Shown piece by piece: positions 10,488 to 20,229 of a stretch of DNA of 64,000 bases; position 1 is the first letter of the stretch; every line of letters starts with the position of its first letter. The notes under the pieces were generated by a model. It had not been told where the DNA came from, made no database searches, and saw nothing but the letters and a program-made list of their open reading frames with translations. A program made the translations under genes and the position numbers. Source of the DNA: Candidatus Freyarchaeum deiterrae (GTDB lineage: Archaea; Asgardarchaeota; Jordiarchaeia; Jordiarchaeales; Jordiarchaeaceae); contig CP147778.1 of the NCBI GenBank assembly GCA_037305845.1, positions 1,952,001-2,016,000 on the forward strand. The letters are read 5' to 3'.

Positions 10488-11507
10488 GTGAGTCGCATAG
10501 AACTGGCTATGGGCGCTGGCGGCATAGCTATGAATCGCCTAATAAAAGATACCATACTGTCATCGCTGAAGAAACATAATGTCCAAGGCGGTGTTGGTTT
10601 GGATGAACTGGACGACGGGGCAAGTATCCCTCTCGGAGAAACTGATATCGTAATTTCTACTGATGGTCACACTGTGGATCCGATTTTCTTTCCCGGAGGT
10701 GATATAGGTAGACTCGCGATATCCGGAACAGTCAATGATATTGCTGTTATGGGCGCTAAACCATTGGCTATTGCTAGCGCGCTGATAATTGAAGAGGGAT
10801 TTCTCATAGATGATTTGAACCGTATCCTAAAATCAATGAACGATACCTGCGAAGAAGCAGGAACGCCGATAATTACTGGTGACACTAAAGTTATGCCCCA
10901 CGGTCACCTTGACAAGATTGTTGCAGCCAGCACAGGAGTTGGAATAGTCGAACACGGCAAGATAATTCTTGACGCCGGGGTTAAACCTGGAAACAAAATT
11001 ATAATAACAGGAACAATCGGCGACCACGGTGTCTCACTTCTAGCCGCTAGGGAGGGAATAAGCTTTGAGACGGAACTCAAATCTGATGTGGCGCCTATCT
11101 GGAATATTGTTGAGAAGGTTCTTAAAGTGGGAGGAGTAACAGCGATGAAGGACCCCACTAGGGGAGGTTTAGCCTCTGCTTTAAACGATTTCGCCAGCAA
11201 ATCCAAAACTACAATTTACGTCAATGAGGAGAATATACCCATACGTAATGAAGTTGTTGCAGCCTCAGAGATGTTGGGAATCGATCCGTTGGAAGTGACT
11301 TGTGAGGGTAAGGCTATTATAGCCATAGATAGCAGTCTGGCTGAGGAAGCCCTTGAGGCGATAAGAAAAGCAAAATATGGTGAGAACGCGAGTATAATAG
11401 GAGAAGTCAGGGATGATAAACCTGGGCTTGTGATAATGAATACTTCAGTGGGAGGTAAACGTATAATAGAAACTCCCTACGGCGAACCGATACCTCGTGT
11501 CTGCTGA
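10488..11507 (+). CDS. hypE: Hydrogenase maturation carbamoyl dehydratase HypE
   Basis: FFPGGDIGRLA, GTVND, GDTKV, DPTRGG, terminal PRVC. Confidence 0.96.
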   Translation: MSRIELAMGAGGIAMNRLIKDTILSSLKKHNVQGGVGLDELDDGASIPLGETDIVISTDGHTVDPIFFPGGDIGRLAISGTVNDIAVMGAKPLAIASALIIEEGFLIDDLNRILKSMNDTCEEAGTPIITGDTKVMPHGHLDKIVAASTGVGIVEHGKIILDAGVKPGNKIIITGTIGDHGVSLLAAREGISFETELKSDVAPIWNIVEKVLKVGGVTAMKDPTRGGLASALNDFASKSKTTIYVNEENIPIRNEVVAASEMLGIDPLEVTCEGKAIIAIDSSLAEEALEAIRKAKYGENASIIGEVRDDKPGLVIMNTSVGGKRIIETPYGEPIPRVC

Positions 11508-11525
11508 TAATCTGCTAAATATAAT

Positions 11526-12104
11526 TCACAAACCGTCAGACTCTTCCCCATCAAAAGGTTCGGGTGACGGAGCGTCTAATCGGGTTTGAACGCCCTCCTT
11601 TCTGATCCTCCATCTCAGTTGCTGTTTCAGTCTCCTTGTTTCATGTTCGAATCCAAAGTAGTCTGCGAACATCTCTGTGGTTTGTAAAGTTTTGGTTCTG
11701 CTTGTTCGTTCAAATTTTAAAAATCCTAGTTCTTCTAGTCTTTTTATGTGTTTATAACTATGCGAGCCTCTCATTCTTGCTACTTTTGCCTGCTCTACCG
11801 GTTGCTTGAGTGCAATATATGCCAGAGTTTTTAATTCACCCAAAGACAAGAGTCCATGTGAAGCTACATTCGCGATTTTGCCAGAGTAGTTGGCTTTTAA
11901 TTGCAATGCGTACTTGCTCCCGGGTAGAGCTACAATCTCTAGTGAGCTTCCTCTTTCCCCATATTCGCGAATAAGTTGCTTCACCAATTCATCAACATGG
12001 TCTAAATTGTCAATTTTCACAAGCTCAGCAATTTGCTCAATAGAAAGCGGCCTACCCGCAGCATACAATGCGGCTTCAATAATCTTCATCGCATCCTCTC
12101 CCAT
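11526..12104 (-). CDS. scpB: SMC-Scp complex subunit ScpB
   Basis: IIEAALYAAGRPL, LKTLAYIA..QPV, RG, TT..F..YFG. Confidence 0.93.
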   Translation of the reverse strand: MGEDAMKIIEAALYAAGRPLSIEQIAELVKIDNLDHVDELVKQLIREYGERGSSLEIVALPGSKYALQLKANYSGKIANVASHGLLSLGELKTLAYIALKQPVEQAKVARMRGSHSYKHIKRLEELGFLKFERTSRTKTLQTTEMFADYFGFEHETRRLKQQLRWRIRKEGVQTRLDAPSPEPFDGEESDGL

Positions 12105-12766
12105 CTTTCCGCCTCCATTAGGTATATCTCTCCAAAATGTTTTTCCTGCCAGACATGTATCTTATTTCTTAGAACAAGAATCAGAATGCCTAAAAGATTT
12201 CTAACAATGTTGAGAGGATTTTTTTTATCCACCAAATCTGAGAATCGGGTTATCCCCCCTTCCTGGGAAAGGATTTTCTGGTAAATGTACTCGATAATTT
12301 GTTCAATATTTATTTTAGAAGTTTCCAAAACAAATGGTTCGGGTTTAACCTCTTCTTTCAATGGTTTCTTAATAATTTTCCTTGTTTCTTCGCCGAGCAA
12401 AACCTTCTCCAGAGCAAGCAAGAGTTCTTCAAGGGTGGCTTTTCTGTTTATTAGCCTGTAGGGCATTGGGATTGGAGGTAGATTTAGGTCAATATCCTCC
12501 TTTTCCTTTTTCTCCTCCTGCTTTTGTCCGAGTTTCAGTAGAAGTTCGGATTTTATTCTGTGGATTATTGAGGCTGATAAAAGGGCTTTGCCTGATACCT
12601 TGTAGTCGACCGATTCTCTTTCTCTCATTTTTTCTAAAAATCCCACTAGAATTCTGCTGATATCAATTTCCCAAGGATTTTCAGCCTTCTGGGTCATGTC
12701 TACTAGAAGTGACCAAGGGGGGTGAATCCAAAAGGGGTCTTCCTTAGATTCAGTCGTTGTCCTCAT
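12086..12766 (-). CDS. scpA: SMC-Scp complex kleisin ScpA
   Basis: NPWEIDI, SGKALLSAS, C-terminal QEKHFGEIY winged helix; lies between smc and scpB. Confidence 0.9.
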   Translation of the reverse strand: MRTTTESKEDPFWIHPPWSLLVDMTQKAENPWEIDISRILVGFLEKMRERESVDYKVSGKALLSASIIHRIKSELLLKLGQKQEEKKEKEDIDLNLPPIPMPYRLINRKATLEELLLALEKVLLGEETRKIIKKPLKEEVKPEPFVLETSKINIEQIIEYIYQKILSQEGGITRFSDLVDKKNPLNIVRNLLGILILVLRNKIHVWQEKHFGEIYLMEAERWERMR

Positions 12767-15700
12767 CTCCTTCTTCCATTCTTAGAGAAATGACATCTGA
12801 AACCCCGTCACTGCTGATCACACCAAACACTCTATCTGCTCTGGTGATTGTGATATCACGAAGCGATATAACCATGAACTGTGACTCTTTTGAAAAGTCC
12901 TTAATCAAATCCGCAACTCTATTCGCGTTATCATCATCAAGAAAGGCGTCTATTTCATCCATTAAATAAAAGGGCGCTGGTTGATACTGTTGTATAGCTA
13001 GTATAAGTGCTATAGCTGTTAGAGATTTTTCTCCCCCGGACATAGATTCTATTCTTTTTACATCCTTTCCCGCTGGGCGGGCTTCGATGTCCACTCCACC
13101 CAGAAATGGGTCTGTCTGGTTTTCAAGGACGAATTTTCCTTCCCCTCCTGGGGAAAGCTTTGCAAATATTCTCTTAAAATTACGTTCAATACTGTAAAAG
13201 GTTGCTAAGAAGCTTCTCCTTTTATCCCTCTCCACTTCTCGTATAAACTCCATGATACTTTCTCTTTCTTTTATTAGCTCCTCTCTCTTTTTCAATATAT
13301 CTTCGTATCTAGCTCTTTCATCTTCGTAGAGTTGGATGGATAACATGTTAACTGGTTCCATACCCTTTTTCTCTACTTCCTTCTTTCGTATTAGCTCTCT
13401 TAGTTCCTGAACGTTTACTTTTAAAACATCTTTAGGCTTGAATTCTGGAAACTCTTTTGCTTCCTCTCTAAGTTCTTGAACGTTTTTTTCCAAATGTTCC
13501 TTCTCCACCATCTGTCTGCTTAATTCAAGTTCGATGGAGTTAATCCTTCGAGTGGTAACCTCCAGTTCGTTCCTTAGAACCGCTACCTCTTGTTTGAGTT
13601 TCATGTCTTCTTCTCTTAGCCCCGAAACCTGTTCTTCCAGACTCCCCTTTTCCTCTTCCCGCTCTGTTATCTGCTCTAGTAAGGGTTTGGTTACTTTTTG
13701 GAGTTCGTCTCTCTCTTTGGATACGCTTTCAATCTCTTTTTCCAATTCTTTTGCTAACTTCTTTCTCTCCTCCATTCTTGGAATTAGGTGTTCGGCTGTC
13801 TTTGTTTTTGACTGAGCAATCTGCACTCTGATGCCACTTAACTTTTCTTTAAGTTTGGTAGTTTCCGTTTCCATAGTTCGAGTTTGTGTGTAAAGACCAG
13901 AGGCTCCCGATTCTTCTATGATCCGGTTGAGTGATTGTTCTTCTTCAGATAAGACTCTTATTCTTTCCTCTACTTTTTCTATTTCTTGGGACACTTTCTT
14001 GTACTGTTTCTCCCCTTCTTCCCTCTGTTTTTGCAGGTTCTTTATCTCGGATTCTATTTTTGTTATTTCCGAGTTGTCTTTCTCTATCCTCTCTAGAAGG
14101 TTCTCTAGATTAGCAGAGTGTTTTCCACGGGAATGTTCTTTCTCTTCTTTTCCACCCCTAATTTCAAGATAAGACTTTCTTATTCCCTCAAGTTTTCCCG
14201 TAAGTTCTAGCCTGATTGCATTAAGCCCGCTAAGCTGCTCTTCTAGTTGGGGTAGTTTTTCGGTTTCCAAGAAGGCTAGGGTAGGTCTCCCAACGTAGTG
14301 TCCGCCAACCATTAGGCCTCTTGGCTCGATTATGTCTCCTTCAACAGTAACTTTTCTAATCTGTGGAAGATCCAACTCTTTGGCTATATCTAAATTCTTT
14401 ACTATAGCCACATTACCGAAAACGTACTCGAATGCGGGTCTGAACTTTTCATCAAAAACCATGAGATCAATTGCAGAACCTATAACCCCATGGTCTTTAG
14501 ATATTTCTAAATTGTTTTGTTTAATTTTGTTAAGCGGTAAGAAGGATGCTCTACCTATTCTACCGTTTTTTAGAAAGTTAATACATTTAGTAGCTACTTC
14601 ATCATCATCAACAACAATGTAATTAGCTCGATTTCCTGCGGAGACCTCAAGCGCCAGGGCGTATTTCATATCTGTTTTTCCTAGTTCAGAAATTGTTCCA
14701 TAAACTCCTTTAATTTTTTTATCATCACGAAGCTTCAGAATTTCACGTACCGCTGATTGCCCCCTTAGGAGCCTTTTCCTCTCCTCATTTATAGCCTTTA
14801 TTGTTACCACTTCATCCCTAACGTTTAAAATTAGCTTTTCAGTTTCTTCAATCTCTCGGCGAGTAATATCTTGCTGCTTCTGAATCTCCTCAGACTGACT
14901 GGTAAATTCCTCAATTTCTTTTCTAGACTGTTCTTCCAGTTCTTCCAAACGATTCCTTTCCGCTTCCTCCTCTTGCAAAGTTTTTTTAATTTCTTCTATT
15001 ACAGCAATTTTCGAGTTAATTGATGATGAAACATATTCAACGTCCTTTCTAAAAGCCTCTTGAGTGGTTTTAAGAGAAACCCTCTTCGGAGTATGCGCAC
15101 CTATTTCTTCATGTATTTCCCTTATTCTAGCTCTCAATTTTGAGAACTTTGCATCACTGGTTGTTATCTGGTTGCTGATTTCATCAAGAATATCCTGCTT
15201 TGTCTTAATCTCCCCCTTTACCTCTACCTCTCGCCTCTCCAACTCAACAATACTTCTTTCCTCTTCCTTAACACTACTTTCTAGATTTATTATTTCCTGT
15301 TTTAAGTTCTTCAGCCTTTCAGAATTTTTTTTCAATTCATCCTCTTTATACCTCAAAACTACCTCTTTCTCTGAGTAAACTCCTTTCTTTTCCGTTAACT
15401 CATATTGCAAGTCCCCAATCCTAGTTCCCAAGTCTTCAATGATACTTTTTCCAATTTCCTCTATTCTACCAGTTGAATTTCCCAAATTTTCCCTAAACTC
15501 TTTTTCCTTTTCTTTCAAACTGTTTAGCTGCGCATTGTTATTATCTATTTTCTTCAGGATTTCTGATAACTCCGCTTCTGAGGTTTTCAATTGATGAAAA
15601 ACCAGCTTTGCACGGGCGCTCTTAATATCCTCATTTAGTTGGTCGTATTTACGCGCTACTTCTCTTTCTCTTCCCAATCTTTCAACTACATTCCTTACCT

Positions 15701-16301
15701 CACTCACCTGCGCGAAGTTCTCTCGAAGATTCTGTTCCGCTAATTCTAATTCTTTCTCCGCCTTCTCTTTCTTCTCATCATAAGACGCTATTCCCGCTAT
15801 GTTCTCTAAGAGTTTTCTTCGCTCAAGAGCACCCATCAGAATGAGCTCAAATATTTCTCCTTGAGGGACTACATTATATCCCATCGGACTTATTCCAGCA
15901 ATTTCCAACATGTCAATTATGTCTGTTCTCGAAACCGTCTTACCATTAAGCTTGTAAACACCCTTCCCTGTACGGTCGACTTGTCTGTCAGTTATCACGA
16001 TATCCGCATCTGCCGGGAGTCTTCTATCCGTATTGTCAAAATATAAACTAACACTAGCATAATTTGCGGGAGTCATTTTGGCTCCTTTGCTAGGAGTAAA
16101 AACGAGGTCTGAAAAAGTGCTAACCCTCAACGATTTAGAACTCATAACTCCCAATCCAAAACGAACGGCGTCCAATAAATTACTCTTACCACTTCCGTTC
16201 GGTCCAACTATAGCAGAGAACCCTTTAGATAGGCGGAGTGTCACCTTCTTCTTTCCAAAGGATTTGAAGCCTCTGACAATAACCTTTTTAATGTACACCA
16301 A
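12750..16301 (-). CDS. smc: Chromosome partition protein Smc
   Basis: GFKSF, Walker A GPNGSGKSN, hinge GVYGTISELG / GRASFLPL, signature MSGGEK, DEIDAFLD, long coiled coils. Confidence 0.97.
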   Translation of the reverse strand: MVYIKKVIVRGFKSFGKKKVTLRLSKGFSAIVGPNGSGKSNLLDAVRFGLGVMSSKSLRVSTFSDLVFTPSKGAKMTPANYASVSLYFDNTDRRLPADADIVITDRQVDRTGKGVYKLNGKTVSRTDIIDMLEIAGISPMGYNVVPQGEIFELILMGALERRKLLENIAGIASYDEKKEKAEKELELAEQNLRENFAQVSEVRNVVERLGREREVARKYDQLNEDIKSARAKLVFHQLKTSEAELSEILKKIDNNNAQLNSLKEKEKEFRENLGNSTGRIEEIGKSIIEDLGTRIGDLQYELTEKKGVYSEKEVVLRYKEDELKKNSERLKNLKQEIINLESSVKEEERSIVELERREVEVKGEIKTKQDILDEISNQITTSDAKFSKLRARIREIHEEIGAHTPKRVSLKTTQEAFRKDVEYVSSSINSKIAVIEEIKKTLQEEEAERNRLEELEEQSRKEIEEFTSQSEEIQKQQDITRREIEETEKLILNVRDEVVTIKAINEERKRLLRGQSAVREILKLRDDKKIKGVYGTISELGKTDMKYALALEVSAGNRANYIVVDDDEVATKCINFLKNGRIGRASFLPLNKIKQNNLEISKDHGVIGSAIDLMVFDEKFRPAFEYVFGNVAIVKNLDIAKELDLPQIRKVTVEGDIIEPRGLMVGGHYVGRPTLAFLETEKLPQLEEQLSGLNAIRLELTGKLEGIRKSYLEIRGGKEEKEHSRGKHSANLENLLERIEKDNSEITKIESEIKNLQKQREEGEKQYKKVSQEIEKVEERIRVLSEEEQSLNRIIEESGASGLYTQTRTMETETTKLKEKLSGIRVQIAQSKTKTAEHLIPRMEERKKLAKELEKEIESVSKERDELQKVTKPLLEQITEREEEKGSLEEQVSGLREEDMKLKQEVAVLRNELEVTTRRINSIELELSRQMVEKEHLEKNVQELREEAKEFPEFKPKDVLKVNVQELRELIRKKEVEKKGMEPVNMLSIQLYEDERARYEDILKKREELIKERESIMEFIREVERDKRRSFLATFYSIERNFKRIFAKLSPGGEGKFVLENQTDPFLGGVDIEARPAGKDVKRIESMSGGEKSLTAIALILAIQQYQPAPFYLMDEIDAFLDDDNANRVADLIKDFSKESQFMVISLRDITITRADRVFGVISSDGVSDVISLRMEEGDEDND

Positions 16302-16679
16302 GTGATCACTCTCGCCATCAAAGAGTATCCTCATCTAAAAATTAATGTAAACATACCTCGTAATCATAGAAAACCACATTTTCGAGATAATACGCTTGCT
16401 AATCAAGTTCAATTCTCATTTTTTCTTTCCCAAGTGTTTTGTTAATTGCCAATTACAAGTTTTCCCAAGGAAACTAATATTATTTATGTTTATTATTGCC
16501 AATATATTTTTGCCGCCGAAAAATAAGGATTCGTCCAGCGACCGCACACACCTGCTTTTGTAAGGATTCCCTCTGTAAAATTTTGGCCTATGAAAAAACA
16601 GTCATCAGCAAACCATTTACTACCTCGGTAATCAGAAAAGTAGAAAAGGAAACTTTAAAAAATTATTAACCCTTTTCAC

Positions 16680-17036
16680 TTAAAATTGTGACAGAGTCAT
16701 CTTAAGATCCCTTATTATTAGTCCCAGTGATGCAGAAGCGTCCTTACTTATTATCGCCAGTAGTATAGACTTATCAGAGTTCGCCATAACAGCATAGCCA
16801 TTATCTCCCTCAATATATGTCGCATTTACGTTTCCCTTGTCTATTGATTTACTAAGCTCCCTTGCAGAAGCGATCATTACCGCGGCGCTCTTAGCGATTG
16901 CCGAACGATTCATCTGCGTTATTGTTTGCCCAGCAGACATGTTTCCATTCTTGTCCAAAAGTATTATTCCCTCAATTTCAGGAACTTTGTCCATCAGATC
17001 AGCTAAAATTTTCTCAGTTTTCGATTGACTCATCAA
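16680..17036 (-). CDS. Roadblock/LC7 domain protein
   Basis: VPEIEGIILLDKNG...A.ELS..IDKG...YIEGDNG...SLGLI pattern. Confidence 0.85.
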   Translation of the reverse strand: MMSQSKTEKILADLMDKVPEIEGIILLDKNGNMSAGQTITQMNRSAIAKSAAVMIASARELSKSIDKGNVNATYIEGDNGYAVMANSDKSILLAIISKDASASLGLIIRDLKMTLSQF

Positions 17037-17382
17037 ACCACCACGCTTTGATAATAAATATTAGCGCAATTAATGCCTATAATTGTTAGCCTACAATTCC
17101 ATCGATAATTAAATAGATTTAAGTTTTCTATTTTCTTTCCCTAAATTTAAGCTTTTTTAAAGGGCATTTTAGTAAACGATAACCCTAATTGATTTACCTC
17201 CAAATTAACAAAAATTGATACATTCATGTTGAAAAAAATACTAGTCTACATATCTCTGTCTCAAGATATAATTACATTCGAAAAACTATGATACCTTGCA
17301 GAAAAACGCTTCTTTTCTTTTCACTGAAAGGTTTTTAAAAGCCAGATGCATATTCTATTATATCTGATGAGGTGTACACACG

Positions 17383-17700
17383 ATGATAACCTCCAAATAC
17401 TTCCAGAAAACATTACAACAGCTACAAAAACACCCAGGCGTTAAGGGCGTAATAGTCACGAACACAGAGGGCCTTCCCATTAGTTCGACTCTTTCGACTG
17501 AGAAGACTGAAACAATTTCCGCCCTGGTAACGTCACTGGTCGGGAAAGCTTCTAAAGTAATAACAGAACTTGGTGTAGGTACACTGAACTTTCTTACACT
17601 AGATGCGGGAGAAAGCGAACTGCACATAGCTCCAGAAGAGGAATATGTTCTAATAGTGCTAAGATCCAAAAACGCTGAACCTCTTCCTCAAAACAAGTAA
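17383..17700 (+). CDS. Roadblock protein, dynein light chain roadblock (DYNLRB)-like
   Basis: LQKHPGVKGVIVTNTEGLPISST...LNFLTL...ELHIAPEEEYVLIVL. Confidence 0.88.
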   Translation: MITSKYFQKTLQQLQKHPGVKGVIVTNTEGLPISSTLSTEKTETISALVTSLVGKASKVITELGVGTLNFLTLDAGESELHIAPEEEYVLIVLRSKNAEPLPQNK

Positions 17701-17865
17701 CTGGAATCAAAAAATGTTAATACACAGCCAAAGATTGCTCTCAAAAGAGTTTTTAGCAAACGTTTTGCGCTATCGGATAGCTTGCAAAGACCGAAAACCA
17801 AATATAATACCGTAAAAAGAGTTAATATTAATAAAACAGAAGAAATTAACGGGGACTGTTGAAAA

Positions 17866-18333
17866 TTGATGGATGTAAAAGCCTTTGATAAAATCTTAAG
17901 TGATGTCATAAAAGCGGAAAGCGGGATAAAAAAAGTCATCCTCGTTGACAGAACGGGATTAACTATAGCTCACGTCTCAAAATTCTCTTACTATCCTGTC
18001 GATATTGACGGTATAGGTGCGATTGCCAGCGCGGTCTACAGCGCCAGTGAAGAACAAGGTAAAAATCTGGATATAGGCGAACTGAATATCGTAACTTCCG
18101 AGTTTGATAATGGAAAAATTTTTGCCGCTAGCTGCGGTAAAGGCGTTCTTTGTGTTATTACCGATGCTGATGTCAACATTGGTATGATTCGTTTGGTTAT
18201 GAAGAAGGCTTCGAATCAGCTCAAAGGTGTTCTTGACGAATTCCTTGCCGAGAAACCAGTTATGCCTGTATCCTCCGGACAAGCTAGTGACGAGGATCTT
18301 AAGGCTGCCCTTAGCGAGCTTGAAAAAGTGTAG
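17866..18333 (+). CDS. MglB-like roadblock protein with C-terminal helix
   Basis: VILVDRTGL, IGAIASAVYSA, NIGMIRL; acidic C-terminal helix; immediately upstream of MglA-like GTPase. Confidence 0.85.
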   Translation: MMDVKAFDKILSDVIKAESGIKKVILVDRTGLTIAHVSKFSYYPVDIDGIGAIASAVYSASEEQGKNLDIGELNIVTSEFDNGKIFAASCGKGVLCVITDADVNIGMIRLVMKKASNQLKGVLDEFLAEKPVMPVSSGQASDEDLKAALSELEKV

Positions 18334-18409
18334 CTTGAACCTGCCTTACCCTACCATACTTTACCGCAATCCAACTATACTCCTCCTTAAATAAAACTAA
18401 ATAGGATGT

Positions 18410-19003
18410 GTGCAGCCTTTGAATAAAGATGCTCAAGGTAGAATACATTTTAAAATAGTTTTTTGGGGACCATCCCTATCCGGGAAAACGACATGCCTTA
18501 GATGGATTTACGATGAGGTAACCGGCCTTGACAAAGGCGGTTTCACATCTGTAGAGGATCCAACCGGCAGAACATTATTCTTCGACTATACACCGATATC
18601 TGCGACTGGCAAGGTTATTTTTGATGTTTTCACCGTTGCTGGTCAGAAGCGTCACAGACACCAGAGGCGGATTGTGCTGCAAGGAGTGGACGGGCTCATT
18701 TTTGTAGCGGACTCCGCGAGAGATCAATTGCAGACGAATCTAGAAAGTCTGGCGGAACTAAAGGGCCACTTAGGAACGAAACTCGGTGAAGAGATTCCCA
18801 TATTGATTCTTCTTAATAAGCGTGATTTGCCTGACGCATTGGAGAAAAACGCCATAGTTCGAGCCCTTCAAGCTGACTCGTTGCCCGTCTATGAATCAAT
18901 TGCAATAAAGGGGCTTGGAGTGAAGCGGGCTTTTCAATCTCTTTCCCGTGAAGTCCTCCTGAAAAGACTTTATAAGCAAGAGATGATTCCTAAATCCTCT
19001 TAA
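18410..19003 (+). CDS. MglA-family small GTPase
   Basis: KIVFWGPSLSGKTT, RTLFFD, TVAGQ, GVDGLIFVADS, NKRDL, AIKGLGV. Confidence 0.92.
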   Translation: MQPLNKDAQGRIHFKIVFWGPSLSGKTTCLRWIYDEVTGLDKGGFTSVEDPTGRTLFFDYTPISATGKVIFDVFTVAGQKRHRHQRRIVLQGVDGLIFVADSARDQLQTNLESLAELKGHLGTKLGEEIPILILLNKRDLPDALEKNAIVRALQADSLPVYESIAIKGLGVKRAFQSLSREVLLKRLYKQEMIPKSS

Positions 19004-19117
19004 AAGCAATCCCCTAATCCTTTTTATCCCTACGAAAATTTCAGAGGAAAGAATATAAGGATAATCCTTCTCTTAAAAAGTTATAAATTTGAAATAATGC
19101 ATTGGTGGCGCGCGTAA

Positions 19118-19483
19118 ATGTCTAAAAGTGAAAACCTAGAAGAAATCCTGAAAGACTTGGAATCTTCGGTTCCTGAAATTCAGGCAGCAGCAATCGTATC
19201 CGTGGAGGGTTTGCCAATTGCCGCACAACTGCCTTCCGATGTTGACGAAACGCGTGTGGCAGCTATGACTGCTGCTATGTTGAGTCTGGGTGAACGCGCG
19301 GCTCAGGAGCTTGGGAAGGGAGAGCTAGAGCAAGTTTTCATAAGTGGCAAAGATGGGTATATTTTAGTTACCTCTGCGGGTCCTAATGCAGTTTTAACTG
19401 TTTCGACTACGAAGAATGTTAAATTAGGTTTGATTTTTTTGGATATGCGTAGATCTGCCCAGAAAATAGCTGAGCTCATATAA
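19118..19483 (+). CDS. Roadblock/LC7 domain protein
   Basis: AAIVSVEGLPIA, RVAAMTAAMLSLGERAAQELGKGELEQV, KLGLIFLD. Confidence 0.93.
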   Translation: MSKSENLEEILKDLESSVPEIQAAAIVSVEGLPIAAQLPSDVDETRVAAMTAAMLSLGERAAQELGKGELEQVFISGKDGYILVTSAGPNAVLTVSTTKNVKLGLIFLDMRRSAQKIAELI

Positions 19484-19577
19484 TGCTCCCTAATGATTTT
19501 AATTACGGACATAGTGTGAAATCTTTTTAGACTTTAAATTTTTTCAAACTGAAATTGTTACCTAATTTTTAGAATAA

Positions 19578-20129
19578 TTATGGTCCATTTGAATATAGTT
19601 GACTGTTTATTCTGGGTAGCATAGCCATAAGGACTGAGAACTCTGTGAGTTTAGTTCTATCCATCAACCCGTGGGAGAGAAAGCCTATTGCTCCCATTTT
19701 TTCACCTAAATTTTTTAGGCCCGTTATTTGTTCCATAACATCTCCCACCTCAAGATTTTCTTTTATGACCCTTTGTGTCACGATTGGTGGGTATTCGAAT
19801 CCCGGCCCTGCCCCGAAAGTTTTTCTTCCTTCCTTGTCAACTATTACACAGTATTGAAAGTCAAGGTAACGCTTCTCGCCACTTAAGGCTACGTCTATAA
19901 TTCCCGCTTCTATGCCTACACCAAGATCTGCATTGTTTACTCTCAGTAACGCTTCTTCGGCTCTATTTAGAGCTCCTTCCAGAGTTTGGCTTAGTCCTAT
20001 AGGCTGTGGTGGCGCGCCGCTTGGAACCTTTACTCCGTAAATTTTTACATCTCCGAATAGTTTCTGCATAACGTTTTTCACTGCGGAAATTTTAACTGGA
20101 TTTTCTGAACCCACTGTAATAATCTTCAT
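19578..20129 (-). CDS. yjjX: Inosine/xanthosine triphosphatase (non-canonical purine NTPase)
   Basis: VGSENPVKI, QP, GALNRA, GIEAG, GAIGFLS. Confidence 0.92.
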   Translation of the reverse strand: MKIITVGSENPVKISAVKNVMQKLFGDVKIYGVKVPSGAPPQPIGLSQTLEGALNRAEEALLRVNNADLGVGIEAGIIDVALSGEKRYLDFQYCVIVDKEGRKTFGAGPGFEYPPIVTQRVIKENLEVGDVMEQITGLKNLGEKMGAIGFLSHGLMDRTKLTEFSVLMAMLPRINSQLYSNGP

Positions 20130-20229
20130 TAAATTCAACCTCTAATTTAGAAATAGAGATAATAGTAATAAGTGCTGATACAATTTTTATACTATCTGTT
20201 TGGTTTAGATATGAGTTGGAGGATTACTC

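Noticed and set aside
16340-16680. Possible small gene or ncRNA upstream of smc (minus-strand ATG GTT TGC TGA TGA after GAGGT; possible selenocysteine read-through)
   Set aside because: Read-through product has no recognisable motif, and no SECIS or clear C/D box layout is visible
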